A stretch of DNA of 62,931 nucleotides from Candidatus Moanibacter sp. (GCA_965215885.1 CBDCEW010000012.1:1-62931); one strand, 5' to 3'. Counted from the first letter of the stretch, positions 30,678-41,345 are shown. Made by a program: numbers and translations. The notes: generated by a model not told the origin, from the letters alone.

Positions 30678-31132
30678 AACCGGCAGGAGTGAGCCCCTCG
30701 ACCGATTCGGGACAGGCTTTGTCGAATCCGCTCTTTGTGGACACGGCAGGTTGGGTGGGAGCCGCCGACGCGGACGATTCTAAGAACTGTGACATTTGCA
30801 AGGCGCGAGACCGATGGCTGAGAGAGGGCGGATTCCTAGCCACGACCGATTACATCATTGACGAAACCCTTACGACCATAAGGTTTCGCCTTGGTCTTGA
30901 CGCGGCAGAGGCGTGGTGGAACCAGATTGTCGGTTCCACCCGGCTAAGAATCGAAATCATCGATGATTCGAGAGCGGAGAAGTCGCGTTTCCTGTTTTTT
31001 CGTTATCGTGATAAGAACTTCTCGTTTACCGATTGTACCAGTTTCGTCGTCATGAAAGAATTGCACACGTGGAAAGCTCTGACGGTGGACCACCATTTCC
31101 GACAGATGGGTTTCGATGTTCTACCGGGCTAA
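30674..31132 (+). CDS. vapC: PIN-domain (VapC) toxin with an in-frame repeat insertion at the N-terminus
   Basis: FVDT, DET, SFTDCTSF, TVDHHF; ATGA overlap with the antitoxin. Confidence 0.9.
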   Translation: MKPAGVSPSTDSGQALSNPLFVDTAGWVGAADADDSKNCDICKARDRWLREGGFLATTDYIIDETLTTIRFRLGLDAAEAWWNQIVGSTRLRIEIIDDSRAEKSRFLFFRYRDKNFSFTDCTSFVVMKELHTWKALTVDHHFRQMGFDVLPG

Positions 31133-31319
31133 GAATATGTATCCCCTGTCCGATTAGCGATTATTACAGACCGGCTCGATACTCGAAATCCGTCTTTCGT
31201 TTTACGGAGGGAATCGACTTCCACACGATTAGCGGCTGCAGTCGAAATGAGGAAAGTGGTTTTTATCTTGTGAATCTTCCGCGGAGTGCTTGTAGAGCTA
31301 TGATCGATTGCCGACAGGA

Positions 31320-31628
31320 ATGAATCACACCTGCGACGGGCTCCAAAGACTCCATGCGAACGAGAGCGTCTTACTCATTGACGGGGCGTTGATCGAGGAA
31401 GAGGACGGTATCGTGCGGGAGGTTCAACCGGGGATAAAGATTCCTTTCCTCATGGAACCCGACAAGGACAAGCCCTGGGAGTATTGCGGTCCCGGGATGA
31501 GCAGCGATCGGCTGCGGTGGCAGGTCAAATGGAACTCCGTCGATTTTTCAAAGATCAAGGGCGCCGTGAAATTGCGGGTTTTCCTCAATAGTGCCAGGAT
31601 TTACAGTTTTTCCTTCGGCACGGAGTGA
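31320..31628 (+). pseudogene. Internally deleted remnant of a glycosidase-like propeller protein
   Basis: N-terminal LLIDGALIE..DKPWE joined directly to C-terminal VKLRVFLNSARIYSF. Confidence 0.5.
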
Positions 31629-31731
31629 TCTGAAGCTTCTCTGCCGTACGGCAGAGTTTGTCCCGCTGAGCGAGATCAGTGTAGTAAGGATTTCCGGCCA
31701 GATCCTAACCCAACTTTCGCAGAAAGTTGGA

Positions 31732-31824
31732 TAGCCCGCTTTTCGTGGCGGTTATGCTGCGACACGATTGGAAACGGATCTTGCCGCAGATCCGTCCTCG
31801 AAAACCTGTGAGAAAAGCGGGCTC
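31732..31824. mobile_element. MITE-like element with TIRs agcccgctttt/aaaagcgggct
   Basis: 11-bp perfect TIRs; homologous to 15759-15850 in inverted orientation. Confidence 0.75.
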
Positions 31825-31827
31825 GGG

Positions 31828-32610
31828 TCAGACGCGTCCCTCGTAGGATCTACCCCGCACCTGTTTGAATGGCGGCATCTTCGGGGCGTCGGTGACAGTT
31901 TCATCCTTGAACGAAGTGGCCCGCATGTAATGGGTGGCGTAGCCGCGGCGCCGATGGCCGGACTGGTTCGCGTTGCTCTGGTGAAGCACGAGACTGTGGT
32001 GGAAGCTGATGCTGCCGCGCGAGATCGGAGCCGGTTGGACCGGCCATCGCCGTGCATCGAGGTCATTTGTGAATGGCGGCAGCCGGGGGCCCCTGAGCAT
32101 TCCCCATCGGTGGGTGCCGAGGGCGAAGTTGAGGCATCCGTTATCCAGAGTGGCGTCGTCGATCGCTGTCCAGGCAGTGACAAGATCCATGGGAAAAATG
32201 TCGCGCCAGGAAGCCGAGTCCTGGTGCCACGCCTGAGCGCTGCCGGTTTTCGGCGATTTCATGAACAACTGATCTCCATAGAGCTTAATGTCCTCCGTTC
32301 CCAGGAGTTCGGCGATGATGTCGACGACTTTCGGATTTGTCACGTGAGCCCACATCGTATCGTCGTAGACGGCGAGGTTGTAGAGTTTGCGGACGGAAAG
32401 CACCTGATCTTCTACCGGCTGCTTCCCCTCCCGGAAAACCGGCTCGAGCTGGATACTCGTATCAGGAATATGGTCCGCGCGACCGGATGCGATGAAGTCG
32501 CTATGTTCAGCGAGGGTGTCGACCTCCGATGGTGAAAGAACGTCTTCCACGACGAGGAAGCCGTTCAGCCCAAACTGATCAATCTGATCCTGAGTGAGTG
32601 ACTTTCGCAT
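31828..32610 (-). CDS. Phytanoyl-CoA dioxygenase (PhyH) family protein
   Basis: WHQD, DATLDNGCL, HQS..N.S..RR. Confidence 0.92.
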   Translation of the reverse strand: MRKSLTQDQIDQFGLNGFLVVEDVLSPSEVDTLAEHSDFIASGRADHIPDTSIQLEPVFREGKQPVEDQVLSVRKLYNLAVYDDTMWAHVTNPKVVDIIAELLGTEDIKLYGDQLFMKSPKTGSAQAWHQDSASWRDIFPMDLVTAWTAIDDATLDNGCLNFALGTHRWGMLRGPRLPPFTNDLDARRWPVQPAPISRGSISFHHSLVLHQSNANQSGHRRRGYATHYMRATSFKDETVTDAPKMPPFKQVRGRSYEGRV

Positions 32611-32845
32611 GGGGAGATGCTTTCAGGATTTGGCGCCAGGAAACGTAAGAGTGCAAGGCTGAAAATGAGCCCTTTCGAGCAGCCTCTATCTACCCGGTCA
32701 CGTGTTGACGAGCGGGCCGATAACCTTCGGAACTTCGTCGTCGGCTTTGTCGAAGCATCGTTAGCCATCGAGCCGCCACTGTAGCCGTGCCCGCAAGGGC
32801 GCGGGGGCAAGCCAATAGAGAACCACAGCTTCTTCGAATAGCCAT

Positions 32846-33811
32846 TTATTGATTCCGATTTAGACAGTTCCGGAGGGGTTCACCTTTGACAGCGCGAACT
32901 GCTTCTTCGGCTGCCATGCGCTGGAGGCGAACCATGCTCGTTTCACTGTACCAGGCGTTGTGTGAAGTCAGAATCGTGTTGGGAGCTCTGAATATCGGGT
33001 GATCGGTTGGGGGTGGTTCGTCCTCAAAGACATCGATCCCGGCAGCTGCGATCTCGCCCGATCCTAATGCTTCGGCCAGGGCTACGGTATCGACCAATCT
33101 TCCGCGAGCGGTGTTGACGATGATGGAGGTTGAGTGCATCTGGCGGAGCCGATGTTCGTCGACAAAATGTCTCGTCTCTTCCGTCAATGGCAGATGCAGG
33201 GAAAGGATGTCGGCCCGATCAAACAACTCATCAAGCCCAACGCTCTCGACACCTAACTGCTGGAATACCTCGGGGCCGAGAAAAGGATCGTAGGCTATCG
33301 GATGGAAGCCGAGTCCTGTGATCTTCTTATGAAGAGACTGTGCGATCCGCCCGAACCCGGCGGTCGCGAAAGTCATATCCTCGAAAGCTCGAACTGGCTC
33401 GGGTGTCTGGTAGCTCCATTCACCGTTCCGGAACCGTTTTTCGGTCTGCGGCAGTTGCCGGGCCAATGCAAGCGCCATGGCGAGCGCGTGTTCCGCGACT
33501 TCCCCGACGCCATAATCAGGGACGTTGCAGACCGCGATTCCGGCTTTCGTGGCGGCTTCCATATCAACGTTGTCCACTCCGATGCCATAGCGGACAATAG
33601 CCGTACATCGATCGAGATTCTGAATGACTTCTCGAGTCAGGTAGACATGTTGGTTAATGAGTGCATCGGCATGACGTGCGTGAGCAATGACTTCTTCGGG
33701 GGTTTTGCATTGAAATATCTGCAACTCAACACCTGCGTTGGCGGCGACTCTCTCTTCCTCACATGCGGAAGGAAAGCCGCAGTCGGTAATGGCGATGACT
33801 TTGTCCATCAT
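32846..33811 (-). CDS. D-2-hydroxyacid dehydrogenase (CtBP-like)
   Basis: RYGIGVDNVD, GFGRIA, NTARG, DVFEDEP, SHNAWYS; start taken at MMDKV. Confidence 0.92.
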   Translation of the reverse strand: MMDKVIAITDCGFPSACEEERVAANAGVELQIFQCKTPEEVIAHARHADALINQHVYLTREVIQNLDRCTAIVRYGIGVDNVDMEAATKAGIAVCNVPDYGVGEVAEHALAMALALARQLPQTEKRFRNGEWSYQTPEPVRAFEDMTFATAGFGRIAQSLHKKITGLGFHPIAYDPFLGPEVFQQLGVESVGLDELFDRADILSLHLPLTEETRHFVDEHRLRQMHSTSIIVNTARGRLVDTVALAEALGSGEIAAAGIDVFEDEPPPTDHPIFRAPNTILTSHNAWYSETSMVRLQRMAAEEAVRAVKGEPLRNCLNRNQ

Positions 33812-33814
33812 GGC

Positions 33815-33856
33815 AGACCGCTTAATCCGCGCGCCGGCGCGCGGATTAAGCGGTCT
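33815..33856. repeat. Perfect 42-bp spacerless palindrome
   Basis: agaccgcttaatccgcgcgcc|ggcgcgcggattaagcggtct. Confidence 0.95.
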
Positions 33857-34021
33857 AGAAAGCGAAACCAGAATACAGCGTGCAGTTTTGGGGATAGAGC
33901 AGCATAGCGGCAACCAAATTGGTGAGTTCTCACGCAGAGAAGAGAAATGAATCTCGGCGTGCCGCATACGTGTTGACTTAACTTTCCCAATTTAGCTATA
34001 ATCAAACAGTTGATCTTCCTG

Positions 34022-34161
34022 AATTTCTCCCACCGTGGGCTTCGCCCCATCCCACTGTGCTAGTCAGTAACCTTCGCTACCCTGATTGAATAGAATCTAA
34101 GTTGAACTTTCCACCCTGAGCGCTCGATCACCGCAAGGATCAGTGGTATGGCTGCTGCATC
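34022..34161. repeat. ~140-bp dispersed repeat, copy 2
   Basis: Homologous to 4951-5090, same orientation. Confidence 0.85.
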
Positions 34162-34266
34162 CGTGGGTTAACTCTTTGGGAATCTTCTTCTTCGCACGGA
34201 CTTTGTCTGACAGGCTGTTAGGCCGGGTCGTTGACACGGCGGAGCGAATTCCTATTCCTCTGAGAG

Positions 34267-35082
34267 ATGGAGTTTCGCGTAGCCAAGGACAGTGTTGCCG
34301 TGGTCACGGGCGGGGGTGGCGCCATTGGCGGCGCCATCGCTGAGGCCCTGGCCGGCGAGGGCGTGCGAATTGCGATCTGGGATCTTTCCAGGGAAGCGGC
34401 GGAGCGGCGGTCCGCCGGGATCCAATCTGCAGGGGGTGAGGCGCTGAGCGTGTTCTGTGACGTTACCCGCCGTGAGGAGGTGGAGGAGGCGGTCAGAGAA
34501 ACCGGGAGCACCTTCGGGCCGGTCGACATCCTGATCAACTGCGCTGGAGGAAGCAGCAAAGAAACCACTACCACCTCGGACCTGTCCTTTTTCGATATTC
34601 CGCAGGAGGCGATGGCGGGCACTATGGCGCTCAATTATAGTGGCACGGTTCTTCCCTGCCAGGCGGTGGGCCGCGGTTTCGCGGAACGAGGCAGGGGAGT
34701 TGTGCTCAATATCTCCTCCATCGGTGGGCTGCGGCCGTTAACCCGGGCTGTTGGATATTCCAATGCCAAAGCAGCAATTGTGAATTTTACGGAATGGCTC
34801 GCCGTGCACATGGCGCAGGAGTACAGTCCGCGTATTCGTGTCAATGCGCTTGCCCCCGGCTTTGTGCTGACGGATCAGAACCGATTTCTGCTTGAGGACC
34901 CTGAAACCGGGGAGCCGACCGAGCGTGGCCGTACTATTCTCGACCAGGTGCCCATGCGCCGCTACGGTCTGCCCGAAGAGATGGTCGGCGCGGCCCTGTG
35001 GCTGGTCTCGGATGCGAGTTCCTTCGTGACAGGTATTACCGTGCCGGTAGATGGTGGACTGACAGCATTTTTAGGGGTGTGA
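34267..35082 (+). CDS. SDR oxidoreductase, D-mannonate oxidoreductase-like
   Basis: TGGGGAIG, PLTRAVGYSNAK, QNRFLL..TERG. Confidence 0.85.
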   Translation: MEFRVAKDSVAVVTGGGGAIGGAIAEALAGEGVRIAIWDLSREAAERRSAGIQSAGGEALSVFCDVTRREEVEEAVRETGSTFGPVDILINCAGGSSKETTTTSDLSFFDIPQEAMAGTMALNYSGTVLPCQAVGRGFAERGRGVVLNISSIGGLRPLTRAVGYSNAKAAIVNFTEWLAVHMAQEYSPRIRVNALAPGFVLTDQNRFLLEDPETGEPTERGRTILDQVPMRRYGLPEEMVGAALWLVSDASSFVTGITVPVDGGLTAFLGV

Positions 35083-35177
35083 ACGATCCGACGGAAACCC
35101 TGCCGTACGGCAGGGTGTTCGAGACTTTTGTGAAGGCGGCATTTTCACCGGAATCTTTTGAATGCAAGAATGAGGCA

Positions 35178-35455
35178 TGGATATGATGAAACTCGGTTAC
35201 GGCACCTATGGCATGAAGGAAGTCGATCCTTTCGAAGCGGTAGTGGGATTGAAAGAAATTGGATTTGATGCGATTGAGATAGCGGCGACAAAAGGGTGGC
35301 CCACGGCGCCGGCGGTTTTCGGTCAGGGGGAACGCAAGCGATTGGTGCTTCAATCGGTAAGCAACAGAACAGGAATAGCCACATCCCGATACGAGAAAGA
35401 ACGCATCCGTCTTCGCGATGCTTCGCCGAGACAAGGAGAACTTAGCGCAGCGTAG
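35178..35455 (+). pseudogene. Sugar-phosphate isomerase/epimerase N-terminal fragment
   Basis: MKLGYGTYGM..IGFDAIEI, paralogous to the start of 43088-43936. Confidence 0.7.
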
Positions 35456-35685
35456 CCGCAACCAATGTAGATAATGAGAACGTTCGAATCGTGACCACAA
35501 ATCGGCCGAGTGACTTGGAGTGGTTGCCGAACTTGAAGACGCGGAGGAAATCACCATGACGTTGTCCAGATAAAAACAAGCGCGGCATCACGCTTCGCGA
35601 AGCAAATGGGCCAATAGCAGCTTCCAACCGGGGAACATCGGTGATCACCGTAACGATCCCTTAAGTTAGTGCTATTCGGGTCAGG

Positions 35686-35760
35686 ACCGCTTTCTTGCGA
35701 ACGCGGCTACAAATGTGAACGACTTACGGCGCAAAGTAGCCGCGTTCGCAAAAACGTGGG
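35686..35760. repeat. GTAG REP pair (related copies near 25685, 38884-38953, 47979-48050, 49311-49400)
   Basis: ttcttgcgaacgcggctac ... gtagccgcgttcgcaa. Confidence 0.75.
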
Positions 35761-35818
35761 GTTTTTTCAGCGTAATCAAGAGATCGACATCATCCCTTAA
35801 TCGCGTGCTTGCCCACTG

Positions 35819-36682
35819 TCATTGCGGCCGGGGCGTTCCCAGTTTCAGACACTGATTCAGGAAGTAATCGCGGGTCCAGAGTTCAAGAGAGGACAACTCG
35901 TGCGGCTTTACGAAGCGTCGTACGTCGTCCCGTGCCCGCCTCCAGTCAAGCGCCTCGATCACGGCGTTGAGCTGCTCGATGCACCAGGCGTTGTCGGTTT
36001 CGGGTTGTTTGCCCTTCCAGGGACCCTGCTGGTCGAGTGCCGAAGAGAGCAGGCGGTGGTTAATGGGTGTTCTTCGCGCCGTGTACCACACGAAGTCGTA
36101 CCAATCACGGCCTTTGAGGTAGTTGCGACAAAGCAGGGCGTGGATTTTGCCGGCAAACAGACTGGGTAAATCAAAAATCCGCACCGCGGATGGAAACGGA
36201 TAGTCGAGCACTGGCATTTCATACGAAGCCCCCGCCGGCGGGTTCGTGTCCACCTCCAACTTGATGCGCAGCTTCCGCATGGGTCCGGTTCGGGAGCGAT
36301 AGTTCAAGTGTAGCAGTTTGCCGATCGAGTCATCTTTCACGAATGCCTGTCGCACCGTGTGGTTCCTCTTTGATCGATCGTCGATCTCAAGTTCATACCC
36401 AAAAGCGGTCAGCTCCAGTCGGACTTGCTTGAGATAGGACGTGAGTGCAAACGTCTCATCCGCCTGACATAGTGCAAAATCCATGTCCTCGGAGAAACGA
36501 TTCAAGCTGTGAAAGATACGGAGACAAGTGCCGCCTTGAAAACCGGCATGGCCAAAAAAGTCTGTCCGGCCGAGGCCCGCGAGAACGATCTCCTGGGTGA
36601 TCTCACGCAGCGCCTGCTCTTCCTCGATAGTGGATCTGCAGTGGTAGGTCGCAAGCCGCTCCTGGATGATCTGGACGCTCAT
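35819..36682 (-). CDS. abiEii: AbiEii type IV toxin nucleotidyltransferase
   Basis: FQGGTCLRIFHSLNRFSEDMDF, KLEVD, KGRDWYD; ATGA overlap with abiEi. Confidence 0.92.
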   Translation of the reverse strand: MSVQIIQERLATYHCRSTIEEEQALREITQEIVLAGLGRTDFFGHAGFQGGTCLRIFHSLNRFSEDMDFALCQADETFALTSYLKQVRLELTAFGYELEIDDRSKRNHTVRQAFVKDDSIGKLLHLNYRSRTGPMRKLRIKLEVDTNPPAGASYEMPVLDYPFPSAVRIFDLPSLFAGKIHALLCRNYLKGRDWYDFVWYTARRTPINHRLLSSALDQQGPWKGKQPETDNAWCIEQLNAVIEALDWRRARDDVRRFVKPHELSSLELWTRDYFLNQCLKLGTPRPQ

Positions 36683-37326
36683 TGTTTCAGGTCTTTTCGG
36701 AGTCCGGAGAGAAAGCGACGGACATGCCCGGCCAAGTACAAAGGCATGAGCTGGTCGAACGATTCCTCTTTCAATTCGACCAGTAAATCTTGGTCCACGC
36801 GAAGACTCTCCACGAGAGGCGTGGCGGAGTCCCAGTCGCATTGATGCGTGTAGACGTAGTCCGCCAGTGCCTTCAACGGCGTCCCCAGGAAAAAACTGCC
36901 GCCTTGCTCTTCAGAGACTCTGTTGACCGCCGTGTAGAACCGTAGTTGAGGGACACGCGTGTAGCTGAAGAGGCCGAGCGGCGTGGTGAACGTGCGTGAC
37001 CGTTCCAGCGAGGTACTCGTAATGGCGTGAACGGCTTCAGGGATCCATCCGTGGTAGGAAAGGGCGGATTCGAGGCTGATATAGCTTGGACCGTGAATGC
37101 GCTGCGCAAGCTCGAAAGGGCTGACGGAGTGTTGTGAGTATCGATTGGATAGACAGTAGAGGCCGCGATGGATACGCCAGACTTCGTTGCTGGCCACAGC
37201 CCGTTTGAGCAGGGCATCGAGCCGTGCACCGGTGCTGTCGACCCAACATGCGGCCTCCCTCCGAGTGAAGACCCCTCTCTTCGCTCTCTGGAGTGCCATT
37301 TCCGTAATCGTCTGCATTTGCGACAT
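36679..37326 (-). CDS. abiEi: AbiEi type IV antitoxin
   Basis: IHRGLY, PSYISLESALSYHGWIPE, KALAD; inverted repeat actgtca-taaag-tgacagt upstream. Confidence 0.88.
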   Translation of the reverse strand: MSQMQTITEMALQRAKRGVFTRREAACWVDSTGARLDALLKRAVASNEVWRIHRGLYCLSNRYSQHSVSPFELAQRIHGPSYISLESALSYHGWIPEAVHAITSTSLERSRTFTTPLGLFSYTRVPQLRFYTAVNRVSEEQGGSFFLGTPLKALADYVYTHQCDWDSATPLVESLRVDQDLLVELKEESFDQLMPLYLAGHVRRFLSGLRKDLKQ

Positions 37327-37628
37327 ACTGTCATAAAGTGACAGTTGATTGCAATACTAAAGCTAAGGAATCTTTGCCGCATACTTTGTCCTAAGCTTTC
37401 TCGAAAGATCGTCAGCCGGAGAACCGCGGCCGCGGGATCACAGCCGAAGCCAGTGATCCGAATCGGGGCTTAAGGTATGTAGGAGCGGGTTTATCCCGCG
37501 ATTATTCGGATTTGTTCGCATCGAGCCAGTTGAAGCGACGAAGATTACAACGAAGCCCTTCGGCAAGCTCAGGGCCCCGAGCAAAGTCGAGGGGCTGACG
37601 ACAAAGTTTGGGAAGGGCCCCGCCCGCG

Positions 37629-38636
37629 TTATACCGTCCAATCAAAGACAGCGCCCAGAGTTTCATCCATGTTCTCGATCAGATCTTTATAGGCCTGGGC
37701 CGCCTCTTCCGGTTTGTAAACCTTGGATAGGAGTTCTCTGGTCTTCAGTTTTCCGGATTGTATCAGGCGCGTGATGGTTTGCACATTCCGCTGCATATTG
37801 ATCTTGCTGTGCCCGTCTGGATACATGGGCAATTTCCATTCGTGAGCGCCTTTCAGGGTGAGGTCCCCATGAGGCCGGTGGAGATGAAACCGCTGAATAA
37901 AAGGAACAAGGTCGGTGGGGTACTCGCCGCGGGGAGAGCCCACCATCACGATGGTGCCCCCCGTACGCATGTAATCGGGACTACCTTCCACCGCTTTGGG
38001 GTTTCCGGTGCACTCGAGCAGATAGTCCGCTCCCACGCCGCCGGTGGTATCCATGACGAGCTGGACAGGGTCGTCCTTCGTAAAATTGACCGCATGGCTG
38101 ATGCCGCACGCCTTTGCCTTCTCAAGACGGCCCTTGACCTGGTCGACGATTACGGTCGTAACCCCTGACAGCTCCAGTAATTGCGCCGCAAAGATCCCCA
38201 CCAGGCCCGCGCCGGTCACCACCGCAAAATCGCCGATCCGCGTGTTGACTTGCCGCACTCCGGTGATGGCCACTGTGATCATGCCGATAAGGGCGGCGTC
38301 GGGACGGTCGAGTTCGTCCGGAAGTTTTGCCACGAGGCGCGCACCTTTAGCGTGACTGACATGGTAGATATGGGAGAAGACGAGATCCCCGACGGCGAAG
38401 TCTTCACATTCCGGGCCCGTCTCCACGACACGGCCGATGGCGCGGTTGCCTAATCCGCTGGGGTAGGGAAAAGGCTGGAGCCCGGTGAGCTTGGCGATTT
38501 CCGTCCCCGCGCTGATGCAGGAGTAATGCGTCTCGAATACCACCCCATCGGGGTCCGGCCGGATTTCCTCCTCCTCGGCTACACAGTCCACCTCGTTCAA
38601 TGCCTGAAAAATAATGCTCCGTACGTTTGCTTGCAT
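37629..38636 (-). CDS. MDR (zinc-type) alcohol dehydrogenase family protein
   Basis: SCISAGTE, GAGLVG, ECTG. Confidence 0.9.
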   Translation of the reverse strand: MQANVRSIIFQALNEVDCVAEEEEIRPDPDGVVFETHYSCISAGTEIAKLTGLQPFPYPSGLGNRAIGRVVETGPECEDFAVGDLVFSHIYHVSHAKGARLVAKLPDELDRPDAALIGMITVAITGVRQVNTRIGDFAVVTGAGLVGIFAAQLLELSGVTTVIVDQVKGRLEKAKACGISHAVNFTKDDPVQLVMDTTGGVGADYLLECTGNPKAVEGSPDYMRTGGTIVMVGSPRGEYPTDLVPFIQRFHLHRPHGDLTLKGAHEWKLPMYPDGHSKINMQRNVQTITRLIQSGKLKTRELLSKVYKPEEAAQAYKDLIENMDETLGAVFDWTV

Positions 38637-39005
38637 GTGTTGTTCCTTGCGCTACCTGTTCCTCACTGAGTTGCTCCGGACAGTCCGGAAATCTTGGCCA
38701 TTTCCTTCCCATTTCTTCCCGTCAAAATGCGATATGATCGATCAATGGTGGGTGATTAAAATTTGAAGTTGGTGGAAAGGGTGTCAATGATGGAAAAGTG
38801 CAACATGCTGGTATTCAAAGTCGATTGGTTGCGGCTAACGCTGTAATAAGTGCTTCTGTGCTTCCTTCGCAAACCAAAGCCGGCACGTGCGAAGGCAGCT
38901 ACGCGAGGGTGGCGTCAGTGTGCTGGCGGGTTGCCGCGCTCGCTAGAGCGTGGACGGCCTCAGTACGATAGATACTAATGCCATCGACGAGGAGGTCGGT
39001 TGAGG

Positions 39006-39340
39006 TCACAGGATGACCTGGAATCCCGCTACGGCAAAATCGTGGTCATGGGTCAGACTTGCTTGCAATTGCAGTTTCTCCATCAACACGAAACTGGAGC
39101 AATCAACGGCTTTCTCGTGCCTTTGATCATCTTTGGAGAGCAGCGAGAAGACTCCACTCGTATCAATGAAGATACGCTCAGCCTTCATATACGATGCGAT
39201 TTATCTCTTCGTTGGTCAGGCTCCCCATCGCTTCTGCTTTTTCGTGCAGCTCGTAAAGGGGGTCTTCGTCGGGTATCTCTTCCAGCCGTTCAAAGGGTAC
39301 GATTCTAGCGAACGGTCGGTTCCGGTAGTGAGGGTCATCT
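39006..39340 (-). pseudogene. Decayed Phd-VapC pair (internally deleted PIN gene, 5'-truncated antitoxin)
   Basis: IFIDTSG..HEKA joined to VDCSSF..THDHDF; YRNRPFARIVP..DPLY..IVYEG. Confidence 0.75.
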
Positions 39341-39469
39341 CGATGCCGCCGAGACAAGGAGAATACAAAGCTTCCATTTCCCCTTTCGCGCTCTTTGCGT
39401 TCTTTTGCGGCCAATCAAAAGCTTTTCGAACAGCCTCAAGATGGCAACGGATTAAAGGACCGCAACAGA

Positions 39470-39640
39470 TGGGGAAAATTGCCGAGGGCGAAGGTTGGGT
39501 CTGTTACACCCGTGAGGTCAAGTACGCCCAACCCTACGTGGAGTGCTACGGCTTTCGTTTCGAGACCGTCGAGGGCGTCGTCGCCTTCAGTGGGGATACG
39601 GTGCCCACCGAATCCGTAGTCGAGTTAGCCAGAGACGCGG
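39470..39640 (+). pseudogene. Metallo-beta-lactamase/RNase Z-like internal fragment
   Basis: CYGFRFE..VAFSGDT..VVELARDA. Confidence 0.6.
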
Positions 39641-40170
39641 TTCTGTCGACTCAATTCTTCGCGGAGGCGATGCCCAACGATCTCCTCTTCACCCTCTTGT
39701 AGCGTCATCGGATCCACTACAATTCCATTGGATGACGGGCGGATCACAATTGCCGGGTCACCGGAGCGCAGCGCGCGAATGATCGCACCGGCTTCCGCCG
39801 GTTCGAGATCGACATAGGCACGAGGAGTAAAATCCGGTGCCGCTTGTTGGCCTTCGGTGAGGACATACGCCTTCCTACCCGGGACTCCGTCGAGAGCTTC
39901 GATGATATGCTGCGCGCGCCGGTTCCAGGTGTCCCGATCGACCTCATCGGTACGAGCGAGGAACTGGTCCACCGCGTTCAGCAGCGCGATGATCTCCTCT
40001 TTCCCTACCTTCATACCTCTGGCAATTGCACTGTTGGGACTGGCATTGAGCCGTACCGCTTCAATGAGCTCTTTCTTGCCCAGAACCAGCCCGCTATTCT
40101 GAGGGCCGCAAAGGCATTTACCCCCGCTGAAAACGCACAGGCTCGCAGCTGCCCCGAGGACCTTCGATCC
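39625..40170 (-). pseudogene. SelA/DgaE-like PLP enzyme, C-terminal fragment
   Basis: FSGGKCLCGPQNSGL..RGMKVGKEEI; N-terminal half missing. Confidence 0.75.
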
Positions 40171-40701
40171 CGTGTCAGTTCCAGGATTTCTGCTGCTGCC
40201 CGATGAGTGCCTTCTGCAAAGACTTGAACCGCCCCCGCGAGGCACACCCATACTACAAATATGATTCCTGCACAGCGCATTGCTGCCGAGCCGCTACTCT
40301 TCAGAAAAAATGTGCGATCTGATCGATCGTCTGGGTAGTAAGGCTTGATCTGCTGTGGCACTTTGTCAAGGTGCTCGCGGCGAGTCCAACGGCCACACCC
40401 TGCCTCCTCTTGTGGATCTAAGGATGTTTCAATCTCAGGGCTTTGTTTCGGTTCCGTTGCGACGTCTCTATGAACCCGATTTGCCGACCGGATGTAGGGC
40501 GTGGCCGCTGGACGCGCCGCGTGTCACTCGTATGCACAGTTCGCCACACAGAGAAGATTTGTCGAATCATTGACCTGCTTTCCTGGTCGCCGCGGCCGCC
40601 GAGGTTGCTGAAATCGAAACTTGCAGCGAGTAGAAGTGTCAGGCTACATTCTAATCGAGGATAGGAAGTAGAATCGGTCCAGGACGGGAAGAGGTAGCGG
40701 T

Positions 40702-41001
40702 ATGACAGCCTCAAGACTCGCGGAGATAGAGAGGGTAGTGAAAGCGAGGCGCTCGGAACTCGGGCGCGATTACGGCGTTGACGAAATCGGTGTCTTCGGT
40801 TCGCACGTCAGGGCGGAGGCGAGGGACGACAGCGATATCGACATTCTCGTCGAGTTCAGTCGACCGATCGGGTTCTTTCGCTTCCTCGAACTGGAGGAGA
40901 AACTCGGAGAGTGGCTTGGGGCGAAGGTCGACCTGGTCACGAAGGCGGCATTGAAACCGCATATCGGACGGCGGATACTCGATGAGGTCATCATGCTGTG
41001 A
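40702..41001 (+). CDS. MntA-type minimal nucleotidyltransferase antitoxin
   Basis: VFGSHVRAEARDDSDIDILVEF. Confidence 0.92.
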   Translation: MTASRLAEIERVVKARRSELGRDYGVDEIGVFGSHVRAEARDDSDIDILVEFSRPIGFFRFLELEEKLGEWLGAKVDLVTKAALKPHIGRRILDEVIML

Positions 41002-41345
41002 AACGCGATTATCGCGACTACTTCGAGGATATTCTAAAGGCCATTGACGAGGTGGCCGACTTTACCGCAGGCATGACTTTACAAGATTTCATCGATGACC
41101 GAAAGACCACCAATGCCGTCCTGCGGAGCCTGGAGGTACTCGGAGAGGCGGCAAAGCACATTCCCGAAGAACTGCGTGACAAGGTGCCGAAGGTACCGTG
41201 GAAACGAATGGCAGGGATGCGGGATAAGCTGATACACGAGTACTTCGGTGTTGATCTGAATATTGTATGGACGGTCTGCAAGGAGGAACTTCCGCCCCTG
41301 AAGACCGATATCGAGAGTCTTCTCGAGGACCTATGCGGAATGTAG
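40998..41345 (+). CDS. HepT/DUF86 HEPN ribonuclease toxin
   Basis: EVLGEAAK, RDKLIHEY (RX4HXY). Confidence 0.92.
   Translation: MKRDYRDYFEDILKAIDEVADFTAGMTLQDFIDDRKTTNAVLRSLEVLGEAAKHIPEELRDKVPKVPWKRMAGMRDKLIHEYFGVDLNIVWTVCKEELPPLKTDIESLLEDLCGM

Noticed and set aside
39625..40251. Selenocysteine synthase selA supporting the selenoprotein
   Set aside because: Only a C-terminal fragment, and FSGGK / MKVGKEE motifs fit SelA-like/DgaE enzymes rather than true SelA (FSGDK)
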